From positions 19,716,001-19,780,000 of the forward strand of contig NC_045717.1 in the NCBI RefSeq assembly GCF_009834535.1: a stretch of DNA of 64,000 bases. Direction: 5' to 3'. Each line of letters starts with the position of its first letter. The first letter of the stretch is position 1. This document shows, in pieces, positions 22,933-35,050 of the stretch. A model generated the notes under the pieces. It was not told the DNA's origin. It did no database searches and saw only the letters and a program-made list of their open reading frames with translations. The position numbers and the translations under genes were made by a program. This DNA is from Camelus ferus. Lineage: Eukaryota.

Positions 22933-25900
22933 CTACTGGGCACTGGGGGGCTTGTAGGGCTCCAGGAGGAGAGCAGAGAAGGTGTTGACCTTGTCTGCCC
23001 CCCGAACCTCATGGGGCAGCAATGGCAGCTTCACAATGTGGAAGTCTTCGTACAGGTCCTCCATCTGCAGCCAGGGCATAGGGCAGAAGGCAGCAGTCAG
23101 GGGGCCACAGGGAGGGCTGGGGGTCTTCCAGAGTCAGGGGGAGAGTTTTAGCAAGGGCTTCACAGGGTCATAGGTAGGAGTGGTGCCAGAGAGGTCAGAG
23201 ACTATCGGGCTGGACTTCCCACTTCCCAGGGTCAGAGGTGCCCAGGCCAGGCCAGCCATAGTCTTTGAAGGCCAGAATCAGGTCTGAAGTGGGAGTGAAC
23301 GGCAGGGAGTTGGGGCAGAGAAATCAGAAGGTGGGGTGGAGCAAAAGGTCAGAGAATATAGTAAAATGCCAGCAGTGCCTTGGCTTCCAGGGTCAGAGGT
23401 TTGAGGGCGAGCAGGAGGGTGGGTGAACGCACCTGGTCCAGGTACTTGGCCTGGATCTTGTGGCGAGCCTCACACATCTTGCAGGGTTTCTCAGGATCAG
23501 GGAAGACGAGCTGGTTGACGATGATGTTGTGTGTGTCAATCTTGCACTTGGCCAGCTCCTGGATCAGCCGCTCCGTCTCATACAGGGAGAGGAACTCGGC
23601 GATACACACACAGATGAAGGTTGTCTGCTCCTGCAGGGTACCGGAGAGGACAGTGAGGGGCAGGTCTCAGCCCTGTCCCCATCCCTGGAGCCTTTCACTG
23701 CCCTCTAGGACTGCAACTCACAGGGTCCTTGAACTGCTCGCTGACGGAACGGATGACAGGCAGCGTCTCCTCCAGCTTGGAGGCCAGCTGGTCTGCGTTC
23801 ATGTCTCCCAGGCCCAGCATGTTGCACATCTGTGGGGAGGACGTGTGAGGGCTCACGGTTTACCTGTGGCCTATGACACTCCCTGCATTGGGCTCCCTGA
23901 ACACCTGGGGGACGACCCCCGACACTGCTCTGTGGTTAAAGGTGTGTGCCCTTGAGCAGATCACAGGGGTCAAACCCTAGCTAGGCCATTTCTGTGAAAC
24001 TGTGGCCAGGTAGCTTGACCTCCTAGAGCCTGTTTCCCCACATGTAGAGCTGGCACATGCTGAGTGCTCCAGAAATGTTACTACCTGAGGCCTAGGTGGG
24101 GACCACACGTGACCAGGGTGGTGGCAGTGGTGTGCAGGAGTATAAGGGCATCAGGGTTGTCATGTCATGCCATTAATAATCCAGGGGGCACTTGCATGCT
24201 CTCTACTTGACAGACAAGGCCCAGAGAGGTGGAGAGACTTGCTTGAAGTCACACAGCCATGTCACACCAGGTGCAGAGCATATGAACCCAGGGCACCTCG
24301 CTCTGAGATACGGCCTTTCAAGCTGTCTGGGGCACTCAGAGGGCAGAGACAGGGACACTGAGTGCTGTGGAGAAGGGGAGAACAGTCCCTCCCCCTCCCC
24401 TAGTGAAGATCCACCCCACCCACTGGGGAGCACTAACTGAGAAGGGTGCATGGGGCAGGCCTTTGCTGCTGCACATCTAGGGAGCCGAGGGTCCATCTGA
24501 CTCAAGGGATTCCTGGATGCCCTGGGGCCCTGCCTGCCTGTGAGATGAATGGGCTGATCTGGTTCTTGATCTGCATGAGGCGGCCGAGTCCCCGCTCAAC
24601 AATGGTGGGGAAGTTGAGCAGCCTTAGCGTGTGGCCTGTGGGCGCCGTGTCAAACACCACCACTGAGAAGTTCATGCCCTTCACCAGCCTGCAGGGAGAT
24701 GAGGGGAAATGATCAGGCCCGCTCTGCCCCCATCTCCCACCCCGGCCCCAGGCGGCCCGCGCCCTGCATGGGCCTGACCTCATGACCTCTGCATAGCTCA
24801 TGGCCTCGTCGATGCCTGGGAAGGCGCTCATCGCTTCCTGCATCATCTTCTTGCCCATGCTCAGCATGTTGTCCTCCTCAAAGAACTCGTCTGGCAGCTC
24901 TGCCACACCCAGGCTGGGGTCAATCTCCTGGGGGCCAAGGGGTCAAAACTCAGGCTGCTGTGGCTGGATTCTTCCTGCCCAGGCATGGGGCCCAAGGGAG
25001 CCTGTGGAGCACCCTGAGCACAGCCCCTCGTCAGGTCATGGCGGGGAGACTCCAAGGTGCCAAGACCCTCCCTTGGGCACTTAAGGTCTCATGTGGTGGC
25101 ACCGAATGTCAAACCCTTTCACCAGCAGGTGGAAAATCGCAAACTGTATTCAGCGCCCCAGAGGGAAGCCAAAGCCCACTGTGGGGCCTTTTCACTGGCT
25201 GCTCCCTGACCTGGGTCTGTGACCTCTTCCGGATCATTCCTCTAATGTGAGTCTTCCCTGACCACCCAGTCTAAGAGTGCAGCCCTGGTCTCCACTGCCC
25301 TGCCTTCCTTTCTTTTTAACATCTGGCCTCTCCTCATGTGGTTTACTTATCACGTTTCTCACCTGTCTCCCTAACCAGGATGCCAGCCCCAGAAGGGCAG
25401 GGATTTTTCCATTCTTGTTCACTGCCATGTCTCCAATGCCTGCAAGTGTCTGGCACATAGTAGGTCCTCCACATGGATGTAGAATCCATAAAGGGATGAC
25501 CAAGCCTGGGGTCTCTGACCCATCCTGCACTCACTACATCTCTTTCTATCTTCCACCCGAGTCACCTCTTCCTGGTGACATCACTGGTCCTGTGGGGAAG
25601 CCCTCAATTCCCTGGTCTCAGAGGTCATTTCCCTGCAGAAGAATGTCTACTCATCACCACCCCTCCCAGTCACCCCCTTAATGGGCTATTCCTGGTCACT
25701 GGGCCACCTCTGAGCTCCCACACTCCACTTCCCAACCCCAGCCTCCTCATCTCCTGTTATTCTAAACCTCTTTGGGCCACCTCATCCCCACACCCCTGTC
25801 CCCCAGTTCACTGTCAGTGTCCCTTTTGGCTGGCACCCTTATCCAGTTCAGGCTCCACAGGCTTCCTCTGTAAACACTCCCTTTTCCCTCTGTGGTTGGC

Positions 25901-28672
25901 AAAATCCTCAAGCTGGTCATTCCCAGCTCGCTGGCACGGCTGCCCCAAGATGAACATCAGGGGAACACAGTTGACATACATCCCAAATTTGACCACCTTG
26001 CTCTCCCTTCCTGAACACTTATTTCCAACGGGCAGTTGAAGAGCCGGACAATCCCCCCCGGGAGTGTTTATGCCACATCTTCTTCCTCCTCAAACCCCTT
26101 CTGTCCCATCCACCCCTCACTCTTTGCTGAGGCCTCAATGAGAAAGCAAAGCCACTGGCTGCCAATACCCTCGTTTCCCTCCCAGTCTCCCCACCTTTCT
26201 TCCAAGTCTCTGGCCCTGGTAGAGCTCAAGTCCTGGGTCTGTGTGCTGGAGAGAGCTCCCCCCCGGCCTGAGGCCCATCCTCTGCCTGCATCCTTACTCC
26301 CTCCTACAGCAGCACTTGTCCCTCCCAGTTGGAGCATCTGCATCGGCAAACAAACATGCTGCAGCCTTTCCTTTCCCAGAAAAGCCCTCCTTAACCCTCA
26401 TTCCCTTCTCCCTCCAGCGATGGCCTCGCTCATTTCTCAGCTCCCATTATAGTGATCGCTGTCTCCACGTCAGCTTGTCCACTCCACGCAGGGTTTTGTC
26501 CTTGTTCCCTGGGTGATCTGCTTAAAACTGAAGTACATGCTGAAGCTGACAACTTTTCTGCTCTTGTCCTCCTGGAGCTTAGGAGCCCATACTCTCTGGC
26601 TTTCCTCCCACCTCACCAGGCTCCTTCACTTCACTTCCTCTTCCTCTGGTGGACCCTAAATACTGATGTGCCCCTGGGCTATTTCTTGGCCTCTCTGTTC
26701 TCTAACTCTCTCTTCCACTCACACAACTTTTAATAACACCCTTGGGTCAACGACTCCCAAATCAATGCCAACCTTCCCTGAGCTCTAGGCTCCCATAACT
26801 AAGCCACTGTCCTGATATCTCCACTTGGATAACCAGTGGGCACCTTGGATTCACCATGGCCAGATGAAATTCCTGATCTTTGCCTACAGAACCTCTTTTT
26901 CTCCCAGTCTTCCCCAACTCAGGTACCCAGGGAGCCAACTAAGAGATGTACTTACTCCATTGCTTTCCCTCACCTATCACAACCAAGCAGTCAAATTGCT
27001 TTAATTCCAAAATACATCCCAAATTTGACCACTTCTTCCCCCACTCCACCCCAAAGTTTGGGCTGCCATTATCTCTAGCCTGGTCATTGTCCCAGTCTCC
27101 TTGCTTCTTCCATCCTTGACTTACAATTCAGTCTTGCATGGTAGCTACAGGGAACTATTTGAAAAATGAATTTGGTCATGACATTACTCTGCTTCAAACA
27201 GACAGCTTCCCATTAAACTTGGAAACAAAGCTAAACTGCTCCCAGTGCCTGCAAGGTCCTACACTATGTGGCCCTGACTTATGTTTCCCTCCCCTCCCCT
27301 TGCTCACTAAGCTCCAGTTGCTCTGGCCTCTTTTCTGCTCCACAAACATTCCTCACTCATTCCCCTGTGGGTATGTTGAAAAAGGGTTGAAAGTGGAGAG
27401 ACAGAGAATGTAGCATGGGCAGGACATGGTCGCTGATGCTGGGTGTTCACAGGAAAGGGCTGAAGGTGCCTTTGCCAGAGTTGGTGTGGGGGTGAGGGGG
27501 TGGGAGGCTGAGCCCTGCTGCACTCACCATGGCAAAGAGGTTGTCATAGCCTTTGACCTTGGTAGGCACCTTGGAGAACTTCTGGTCAAATGCATCGGAG
27601 ATGTTGTGGGCTGGGTCGGTGGAGATGATCAGAACACTCTCCCGCCCCTTGGACAGCTGGACTGCTAGGCTGCAGCTGGGCGAGGGAAAGGTCAAAAGGT
27701 GGAGAGTGAAGGGTCAGGCTCTGGTCCCTAGGTCTGCAAGGGGAGATGAAGTGTCCCTGAAGCAGGGGACCTGGATCAGCAAGGGTCTTGAGAGAATGGA
27801 TAACTGTGGGATCAAGCCTCAATCCCTACAGAGGGACCCTCTCAGACCTCACGTACTGACCGGTTCAACTGGCTAGAGTGATAAGGTTCAGCTGAATGTG
27901 TTGGTCTGGCCTGATTCCTGTTTCCTTGCTGGCACAAAGTGGCATGGTCCAGCTGTCCAGTCAGCATAGCTTGACCCTGTGCCCCCTCCCTCTACGCTAA
28001 GCTAAGGGATCCTCTGCATCTCCTACTAAACTCGATGGTTCAGTCCACTTATCTAGGGTAATTTGCCCCAGGGACCCCTCCCCCTCCTCCTAGACGACTG
28101 GGATAGTCTGATCAAGTGCCCTCTTCCTCACCTTCCACCTCTTTCGCCACGTGGGCATAGAATGGCAAGGTTCATTAGACTAGGATAGTTTGCCCCGGTG
28201 CCCCTCCCTCTACTCTGAGCTCACTCTGCTACAGTCCACCTGACTGGGACATCTAAGTGCTCTACCGGCTGCTGTGCGCTGGCTCCAGTGTGGTTCAGCC
28301 CTTGAGTCCCATCAGGGATGGTCCACCTGAGGGTGCCGGGCCTGCATTCAGGAGGTATCTTCCATTTCCAGGTAATTTCCAGAGAGTACAACCCGGAAGA
28401 TCCCGGCCCAGCCTTCTTGCCCGGCTGGTGGGGGAAGACCCGGTCCTTGGCCTCCCCTTCGCCCGGTGGTACATCCCACCTGTTTCCTAGCTCCCGCCGC
28501 AATCTCCTTACCTACAGGTGGTCTTGCCAACGCCACCCTTGCCCCCGACGAATATCCACTTAAGGCTGCGCTGCTCGATGATGTTGCTAAGCGTGGGCTC
28601 CAGCGGCTCCACATCAGGTGCATCCTCGAACTCCTCTGCCTCAACCCCCCACCCGGCCACCCCAGCCGCCAT
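22933..28672 (-). CDS. GET3: ATPase GET3 (ASNA1/TRC40), tail-anchored protein targeting factor, 7 exons, 348 aa
   Basis: Minus exons 28672-28512, 27675-27528, 24927-24779, 24688-24538, 23829-23722, 23630-23433, 23064-22933 (1047 nt). Has the deviant Walker [11 protein letters not shown], switch I STDPAH, switch II DTAPTG and CKMC zinc motif. Intron 4 has a GC donor. Confidence 0.97.
25240..27350 (+). mobile_element. Extended LINE-2 remnants in GET3 intron 2, approximate
   Basis: L2 3' end words (gtcttccctgaccaccc, tctggcacatagtagg) and an L2 body (atctccacttggat..., aatacatcccaaatttgaccactt...). Confidence 0.6.
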
Positions 28673-30231
28673 CTTGGAACCGGCTCACGTGATCAAGCGG
28701 AGCGCACCATGCAGAGCACCTACAGGGGAAATTTCCTATCACAAACCCATCAAGACTAGAAGCTTGAATTAATTTTCTCAAGGTCTAATTTTTAGGACCT
28801 ATTAGATGCTATATTTCCAATGTCCTCCCATTCCAAGGTTCACCTTATCAGCCTCTTGTCTTTATTTTTTCAAAGACTCCCCCTGCCTAATTAACATATT
28901 GGTACGCCCCAGGTTACTCCCCTTCACGGATTGGGCCCTAACTCTCGCAGCACTCCTTTCATTGGCTACATCTTTTCTTACTTTCACCAATCACTCTCAC
29001 GTCCTGGTAGCCGCCAATCTTCCCTTAGCAACCGGCCAAACACCCATTCCATGCCCTTTCCAAGAAGTTAGATCCGAGGTCCACCCTGACCTGACTACAT
29101 AGGCTCAACTTCATGTCCATCATTTTCCCCCCTATTCTCCAAATTGGGTCCCTACACCGCCTCCAGGCCCGTCTCTTCTGTTATCCAATTGGCTGGGAGC
29201 CACTAGGCCTCTGACGCAAACCAATCATAAGCGAACCAATCAGTTGGCTAGAGACAGACAGGTCCTGGGTCTGTAAGTGGGTTAGAGGAAGACCGACTCC
29301 AGTGTGGGCCAGGTCTGCAGATCCTTATCCAGTGAGCCCTGAGCCCCCATGCAGGGCAGGTCAGGGCAGGTCATGGCAGGGACAAATGTAACTGCGCTCC
29401 TTGTCGTAGAAAAGGCTCTATTCCCGAAAACCTCCTTCCACTTTCCTTCCTGTTAGAGGGGAGACTCGAGTTCAGCCAGCTCCCTGTTTGAACCTCTGCC
29501 CTGCGCAGGAATACATGCTGGGTCCCAGGCCCTTGGCGGACTTTAGATGGGGACTCCAGCCTAGAAATATCTCTGGCTTCTAGTACATAAAGTAATACCC
29601 TGATTTTCAGATGGGGACCCCAGCTCCATAGACCCAGATGTGTCTTCATTCCCAAGTGAAAGCTCCATCCCAGAGACAGGTACCCAACCCAGAGACACCC
29701 TCATTTTTATTCTAAGGGCCCAGGGGAGATATGCCCTTGAGCTTTAGTTAAGGACCTAGGTTCCGAGGTGTCAGGTGAACCCACAGCCTCAGACAGAGTC
29801 GTTCCCCTTACTGAGATTATCCCTGGGGCCAGAAGGGGATTCTATCCCTTAAAAGCTAATACCCACCCAGTCCCAAGCGGGAACCTCACTTCGAGAGGCA
29901 GCTACCGCCTCAGGGCCAGACGACAGTCTCGTTCCGGTGGAGACCATGTCTGCGTAACGCTTGCAGGTGTCTGGCTGGGTTATAAAAATCCGCGGGGCGG
30001 GGCGGAGCCGGGCGCGGCGGGACTGGGCGGGGCGGGGCGTCTGCCAGCTTGCGCGCAACGTCAGGCTTTACTCCTCATTCGCTCGGCCCCTCGAGCCCCG
30101 CCCCCACTGCGGACGCTTGAGGGCCAGACGGGTCTTCCCAGCATGCATTGCTCGGGACGAGGCAAGTCGGGAGCCAAGCGCGGGGCTGGAGCGGCCTTCC
30201 CGGAGTCCTTTGCGCGGCACCTGGCGACAAA
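28673..30231. promoter_or_regulatory. Head-to-head GET3/TRIR promoter region
   Basis: The ATGs are 1.56 kb apart in divergent orientation. Contains TCACGTGA 28685-28692, YY1-like motifs overlapping both start codons, 9-10 CCAAT boxes at 28898-29240, TATAAAA 29981-29987 and a GC-box cluster at about 29994-30040. Confidence 0.8.
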
Positions 30232-32936
30232 ATGGCTGCCCGAGGGAGACGGGCGGAGCCTCCGAGCCAGGAGGCGCCAGGCCCCGCGGGCGGCGGCGGC
30301 GGCGGGAGCCGATGGGCTGAATCGGGGCCTGGGACGTCGCCTGAGAGTGGGGATGATGAANNNNNNNNNNNNNNNNNNNNNNNNNNNNNNNNNNNNNNNN
30401 NNNNNNNNNNNNNNNNNNNNNNNNNNNNNNNNNNNNNNNNNNNNNNNNNNNNNNNNNNNNNNNNNNNNNNNNNNNNNNNNNNNNNNNNNNNNNNNNNNNN
30501 ACCCGACCAGCCGGCCACCGCCGCCGCCGCGGGTCCCGGGGATCCGAAGAGGAAGGGCGGCCCGGGCCCCACGCTCAGCTTCGTAAGGAGCCGCGGGGGT
30601 GGGGGCGGGCGCCAAGGCATTCCTTGGCAGGGGGAATCGGGCTCGAGAAAGGGGATCGGGATCCAGGTCCACCCTCTGGCCCCGATGAGGGGGCCGTCCG
30701 GGTCACCCGCTGAGGATGTGGAACCTGGATTCCCGACGAGAGAGGTCTTGGGGCAGAGGTGGGAACCCCCGGAGCCTGTCTGGGAGAACTAGGAGCTGGG
30801 GGGAATCCCACTGAAACAGCGCTCCAGGGGTGGGGAAACCAGGATGCAAGGATTCCTGTTTGAACTTTGGTTGCTGGGATCATTTCCCACTATGAGGACG
30901 GGGGACAAATTAAAGTCTGGAGTGTGTCTGAGCTGTGTGGATGAGAGACTTGGGGTGCTTACTCTGTGACCCTAGATTTACTTGACTTCCCTGAGTCTCA
31001 TTCGTCTAGTGTCCATTTATTGAGCACTTTACCTTGTGCTGGGCACTGTGCTAGGTGATGGATATGCCTTGTTGAACACGACAGACATCGCTGCTTTCCT
31101 GGAGCGTCTGAGCTGGCCTAACCTCATTTTCCCTACTTGCAAAAATAGACATCATCGCATCTTCTGATGTGATTAGCACCAGGCCTGTCTTACAGGAAGG
31201 GCTAAACTAGTTGTTCTCAATAGGAGACGATTCCCCCCACCCTATCCCCACATTTGGCAAAATCTGGAGACATTTTTGGTTGTCAGAACTGGGGGAGGGG
31301 GTGCTACTGACATTTATAAGTAGAGGACAGGGATGCTGCTCATCGTCCTACAATGCCCAGAACAACCCTCCCCTGCCTCCCCCCAACGAAAAGGACCCAG
31401 TTGAGAATGTCATTACTATGAAACTGAGAAATTCTAGGCTAAAGAAGTGGCACATATATTGATTGTCACCTCTGAGCTTGCTTTGTCTCTGGTGTTGGGA
31501 GCAAGTTCCTGTGGTGTGGAGAAAAAAAGTGTTGACCTGAGAATAACGGACTGGGGGTGGAGTTTCTTCATGTGTCAAAAATGAATGTGCAAATAGTCCT
31601 AGCAGGTCACTTAATGCCTGGTTGGGGTGGAGACGGGACGTCTGTAAAGCCTGTTGCAGTCCCTGGGGCACAAGAAACCTTTCGTCTATAGGAGAAAATA
31701 GAGGACCAGGATGAAAGTTCAGGGTTTGACTTCTGTTTGAGGAAGGGGAAGTGGCAGGACCTGGGCTAGTATGAGAACTGCGTGGAGGCCGAGTGCCCCT
31801 CTGTGAGTGGGAACAGCAGTCGTTGTCACTGCCTTTTTTGTTTGTTCATTGAGGGCCCATAGCGAGAGCACCCTCAAAGAGGCCAGGTTAGGTGTAGGGG
31901 AACAGTGTTGCTTGGTGGTTAAGAATTCTGCTCTGTGGCTTAGACACACCTGACCCTGAATTCAGCTCCATTGTTTGCTGTCAGCGTGATCCAGGGTGCA
32001 GGCTTCTTCTCAAAGATGTTACCTCGCCTGTACAACGGGGAGGGTTGTAACCTTCCTTCATCATAAGGTAACTGAAAGTGAAAGGAGAAAGCAAAGCACT
32101 TGGCACAGGGCTTAGCATACAGTAAGTGCTCAATAAAGGAAGCTCTTGCTGCCTGTGTGGTCCATACTAGGGGGGAGTGAGGACAGAGCTCGTCCCCACC
32201 GAAGTGGGGATTCTTCTCGCTCCCTGGGAGGGCAGCGCCGGGGCTCAGGACTGCCTGGGCATCATGGGCCCAGGGNNNNNNNNNNNNNNNNNNNNNNNNN
32301 NNNNNNNNNNNNNNNNNNNNNNNNNNNNNNNNNNNNNNNNNNNNNNNNNNNNNNNNNNNNNNNNNNNNNNNNNNNNNNNNNNNNNNNNNNNNNNNNNNNN
32401 NNNNNNNNNNNNNNNNNNNNNNNNNNNNNNNNNNNNNNNNNNNNNNNNNNNNNNNNNNNNNNNNNNNNNNNNNNNNNNNNNNNNNNNNNNNNNNNNNNNN
32501 NNNNNNNNNNNNNNNNNNNNNNNNNNNNNNNNNNNNNNNNNNNNNNNNNNNGGGGGCTGCCCACATTGCCTTTTCCCTCCAGCCTCAGCGCCTGGCCGAG
32601 GTTCCCTGTCCCTCACTCTTCAGTATCTGGGCCTTGTATGGGTGTACTTGGTGGGTGAGGAGGGCGTTCAACAAAGTCCCCAGATAACTTGACTCTGCAT
32701 ATCTTTACTCAGACCTTTGGGGTGATACTGTGGGTGGGTCAGCTGTCTCAGGACATTCCTGACCCTGGTTCCTGGCCTCCCTGGCATCCCCTTCCCAACC
32801 CACTGTGTGTCTCCCCTCCCCACTACAGGTATTAACAAGTAAAGGTGATGCATGGGCCAAGTACATGGCAGAGGTGAAAAAGTACAAAGCCCACCAGTGC
32901 GGCGATGATGATAAAACTCGGCCCCTGGTGAAATGA
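30232..32936 (+). CDS. TRIR: Telomerase RNA component interacting RNase (C19orf43), 3 exons, partly hidden by assembly gaps
   Basis: Exon 1 30232-30582 (MAARGRRAEP...[N gap]...PKRKGGPGPTLSF, donor GTAAGG). Exon 3 32829-32936 (VLTSKGDAWAKYMAEVKKYKAHQCGDDDKTRPLVK*). The expected middle exon is not visible and is inferred to lie in gap 32276-32550. Confidence 0.9.
30361..30500. other. Assembly gap (140 N) inside TRIR exon 1
   Basis: Run of n in the sequence. Confidence 1.
31208..31436 (+). mobile_element. MER20-like hAT DNA transposon fossil
   Basis: Resembles the recalled MER20 consensus: tagttgttctcaa...catttggcaaaatctggagacatttttggttgtcagaactggggg...tgagaaattcta, with degenerate terminal inverted repeats. 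Confidence 0.75.
31930..32140 (+). mobile_element. MIR SINE remnant
   Basis: Ends with the MIR tail gcaaagcacttggcacagggcttagcatacagtaagtgctcaataaa. Confidence 0.6.
32276..32550. other. Assembly gap (275 N), probably hiding TRIR exon 2
   Basis: Run of n between TRIR exons 1 and 3. Confidence 1.
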
Positions 32937-33236
32937 CCCCCTCCCCTGCCTGCCCACGGCCTGGGACTCTCTGCGATGTACATAATAACTATTTAATGCA
33001 GCGGCAGCGCGGCAGCCTTTCTCCCCCAAGGACTTACACACAAGAAGGAAACCGAGATGCTTCCCGCAGCTGCGGACGATTCTCCAGGACTCTTTTTTAC
33101 CTTGAGCACTTGCCTCCTGAGACTTCATAGAACAGTGGTTTACTGTCCCTGCTCTGCCCATCTCCTCCCTTTCTCTGGCTCTTTGTGTCTTCCTCTTCTG
33201 GCCCCCCCTCCCTCCCTTTAGCCATCACTTCTGGGA

Positions 33237-33242
33237 AGTAAA
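33237..33242 (+). terminator. TRIR: Candidate TRIR variant polyadenylation signal AGTAAA
   Basis: AGTAAA about 300 nt after the stop, followed by GT/T-rich ctgtgtgcttggtttgccttctttg. I saw no AATAAA in the proximal 3'UTR. Confidence 0.5.
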
Positions 33243-33499
33243 GAACTTGACTTAGTGCCGGAGCTGTGTGCTTGGTTTGCCTTCTTTGCGCTATCTAACA
33301 TAAGCCCTCCCGTCTTGGCTGGTGCTGCATCTACCAAACCCTGGGTCTGGCCCAGTGAGGGAGGGATGCGGGGGTGTGGGGAAGAACAGGGGCACATCCC
33401 CTCCTGAAGGCCTGAACTCTCCTCAAGACCCACCCCTGAGTGCACCCCCACTGTTGGGTGTTTTTGTTCAGTGTCTCCGCAATCCCATTGGGGCTGGGC

Positions 33500-35050
33500 C
33501 AAAGCTGTCGGTGTGTTTCTTCAGAAGACACTTACTGAGCACGTACTGCGTGTCTAGGCTTTTCTGGGCCCTGTAGCCACTGCAGTGAACAGAACAGACC
33601 ATGCATGCTCCCTGGCCTTGTAGAAGGAAACAGACACAGACAAAAAGGGGAAGCCATTTTGTGAGGTGATTGTGAAGAAGCACAGGATAAAGGCTGCAGG
33701 GAGGGGTCTAGTTTAGTTGATATCTAATCAGGGTCCTGAGGGAGGTGAGGAAGCCAGCCTGTGTAGTGAATAGCCAGGTGAAGACAGGGACAGTGCCTGA
33801 CCCTCATGGGGAGCTGTGAGGAGGCCCCTGTGACTGGAGCTGGCTGAGTGAGGAGTGTAGGTGGATTATAGGCAGAACCTTGTGTGTTCAGGTGAGAACT
33901 TGGGAATTTATTTGTAAGGGAGAAGAACCCTTTGGGAAGTTTGGAGCTAAGGAGCCACATAATATGTTTTATATCTTAGCTGGATCCCTCTAGCTGAAGG
34001 GGTCTGGGCAGAACCTGGGTGATGGAGGAGATCGGGCCATGATCGGGCAAGGGGAGGTGATGGGGTGTTGGCAGTGGAGGAAGTGAGGCAGGCTAAGATC
34101 TGGATTCCAGTAGGGCTTTTCTGTCCTTCCTGCCACCTACTTGTAGTCCTTCCAGGAAAGCTAGGGTTGGCCCTGCCCAGTTGTATATATGAGCAGGAGA
34201 AAGACTGCCAAGGGGCTAGTTTGTCCCACCTTGCAGAACGTGACAGTTGACATATCAGGGGACAGGGTGTCCTGAAGGAAGCCTGATGGCCCTAGTACCC
34301 CTCTAGTGCTCCTTGTACTTCTGTGCGTTTCTGGCCTCATTGCTCATCCTGGTGGAGCTGAAGGTTGCCTGGCTGCCTGCTCTCCATGGAGCCCACAAAT
34401 GTTTTAAGATGCCCTTGCCTCCTGACCCCTTCTCAAACATATTAGACCTGGAGCAACATCTAGGCACTCCCCCCACCCCACCTTCCTAAGCACCAATGCT
34501 GAGCAGCTTGGCACCCCTGCCCACCCCAGGGCCAGGCTCCCATCCCCCTTCCATCAGGGGAGCATCATGACTCAGGACCATGGTGGTCACCACCTGCCTG
34601 GGACTTGTGGAGGCAAGAGGGAAGAGGCTGAGGCAGCACCTGCCTAGCCTCACACTGCCAGATTCAGCCTGTGGGGGGTGGGGCATTCCAAATACAGAGC
34701 ATCAGAACAGACAAAACTCCCTGTCCTAGTAGTGGAGCTAACATTCTGGTTGGGAGGAAATACAAGAAACAAAACACAACAACACATGGCTATACATTCT
34801 ATGGGGAAAAAAGTATGAAAGGGGGACTGGGATGAGAGTGGGAGAGACTGCAATTTTAAGTTGGTCAGGGATGGCCTCCCTGATAAGGTGACACTTTTTC
34901 CAAGTCCTAAAGGAGGTGGGGCAGGCAGTGAAGATGGTCCTTGGAAGAGTATTCCAGGCTGAAAGAGCAGCAGGTGCAAAGAGCTAGAGCTGAAACCATG
35001 CCTGGCTTGAAGAGTGGGCAAACAGGCTTTGGAACAGGAGACTGCACCCC
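33500..35050 (-). mobile_element. LINE-2 fragments (about 33500-34070 and 34690-35050)
   Basis: catttactgagcacgtactgcgtg..., gagtattccaggctgaaagagcagcaggtgcaaagag: L2 words in antisense orientation. Confidence 0.55.

Noticed and set aside
29768-30586. 272-aa ORF across the TRIR promoter and exon 1
   Set aside because: An alternative-frame CpG-island ORF that is artificially extended through the N gap.
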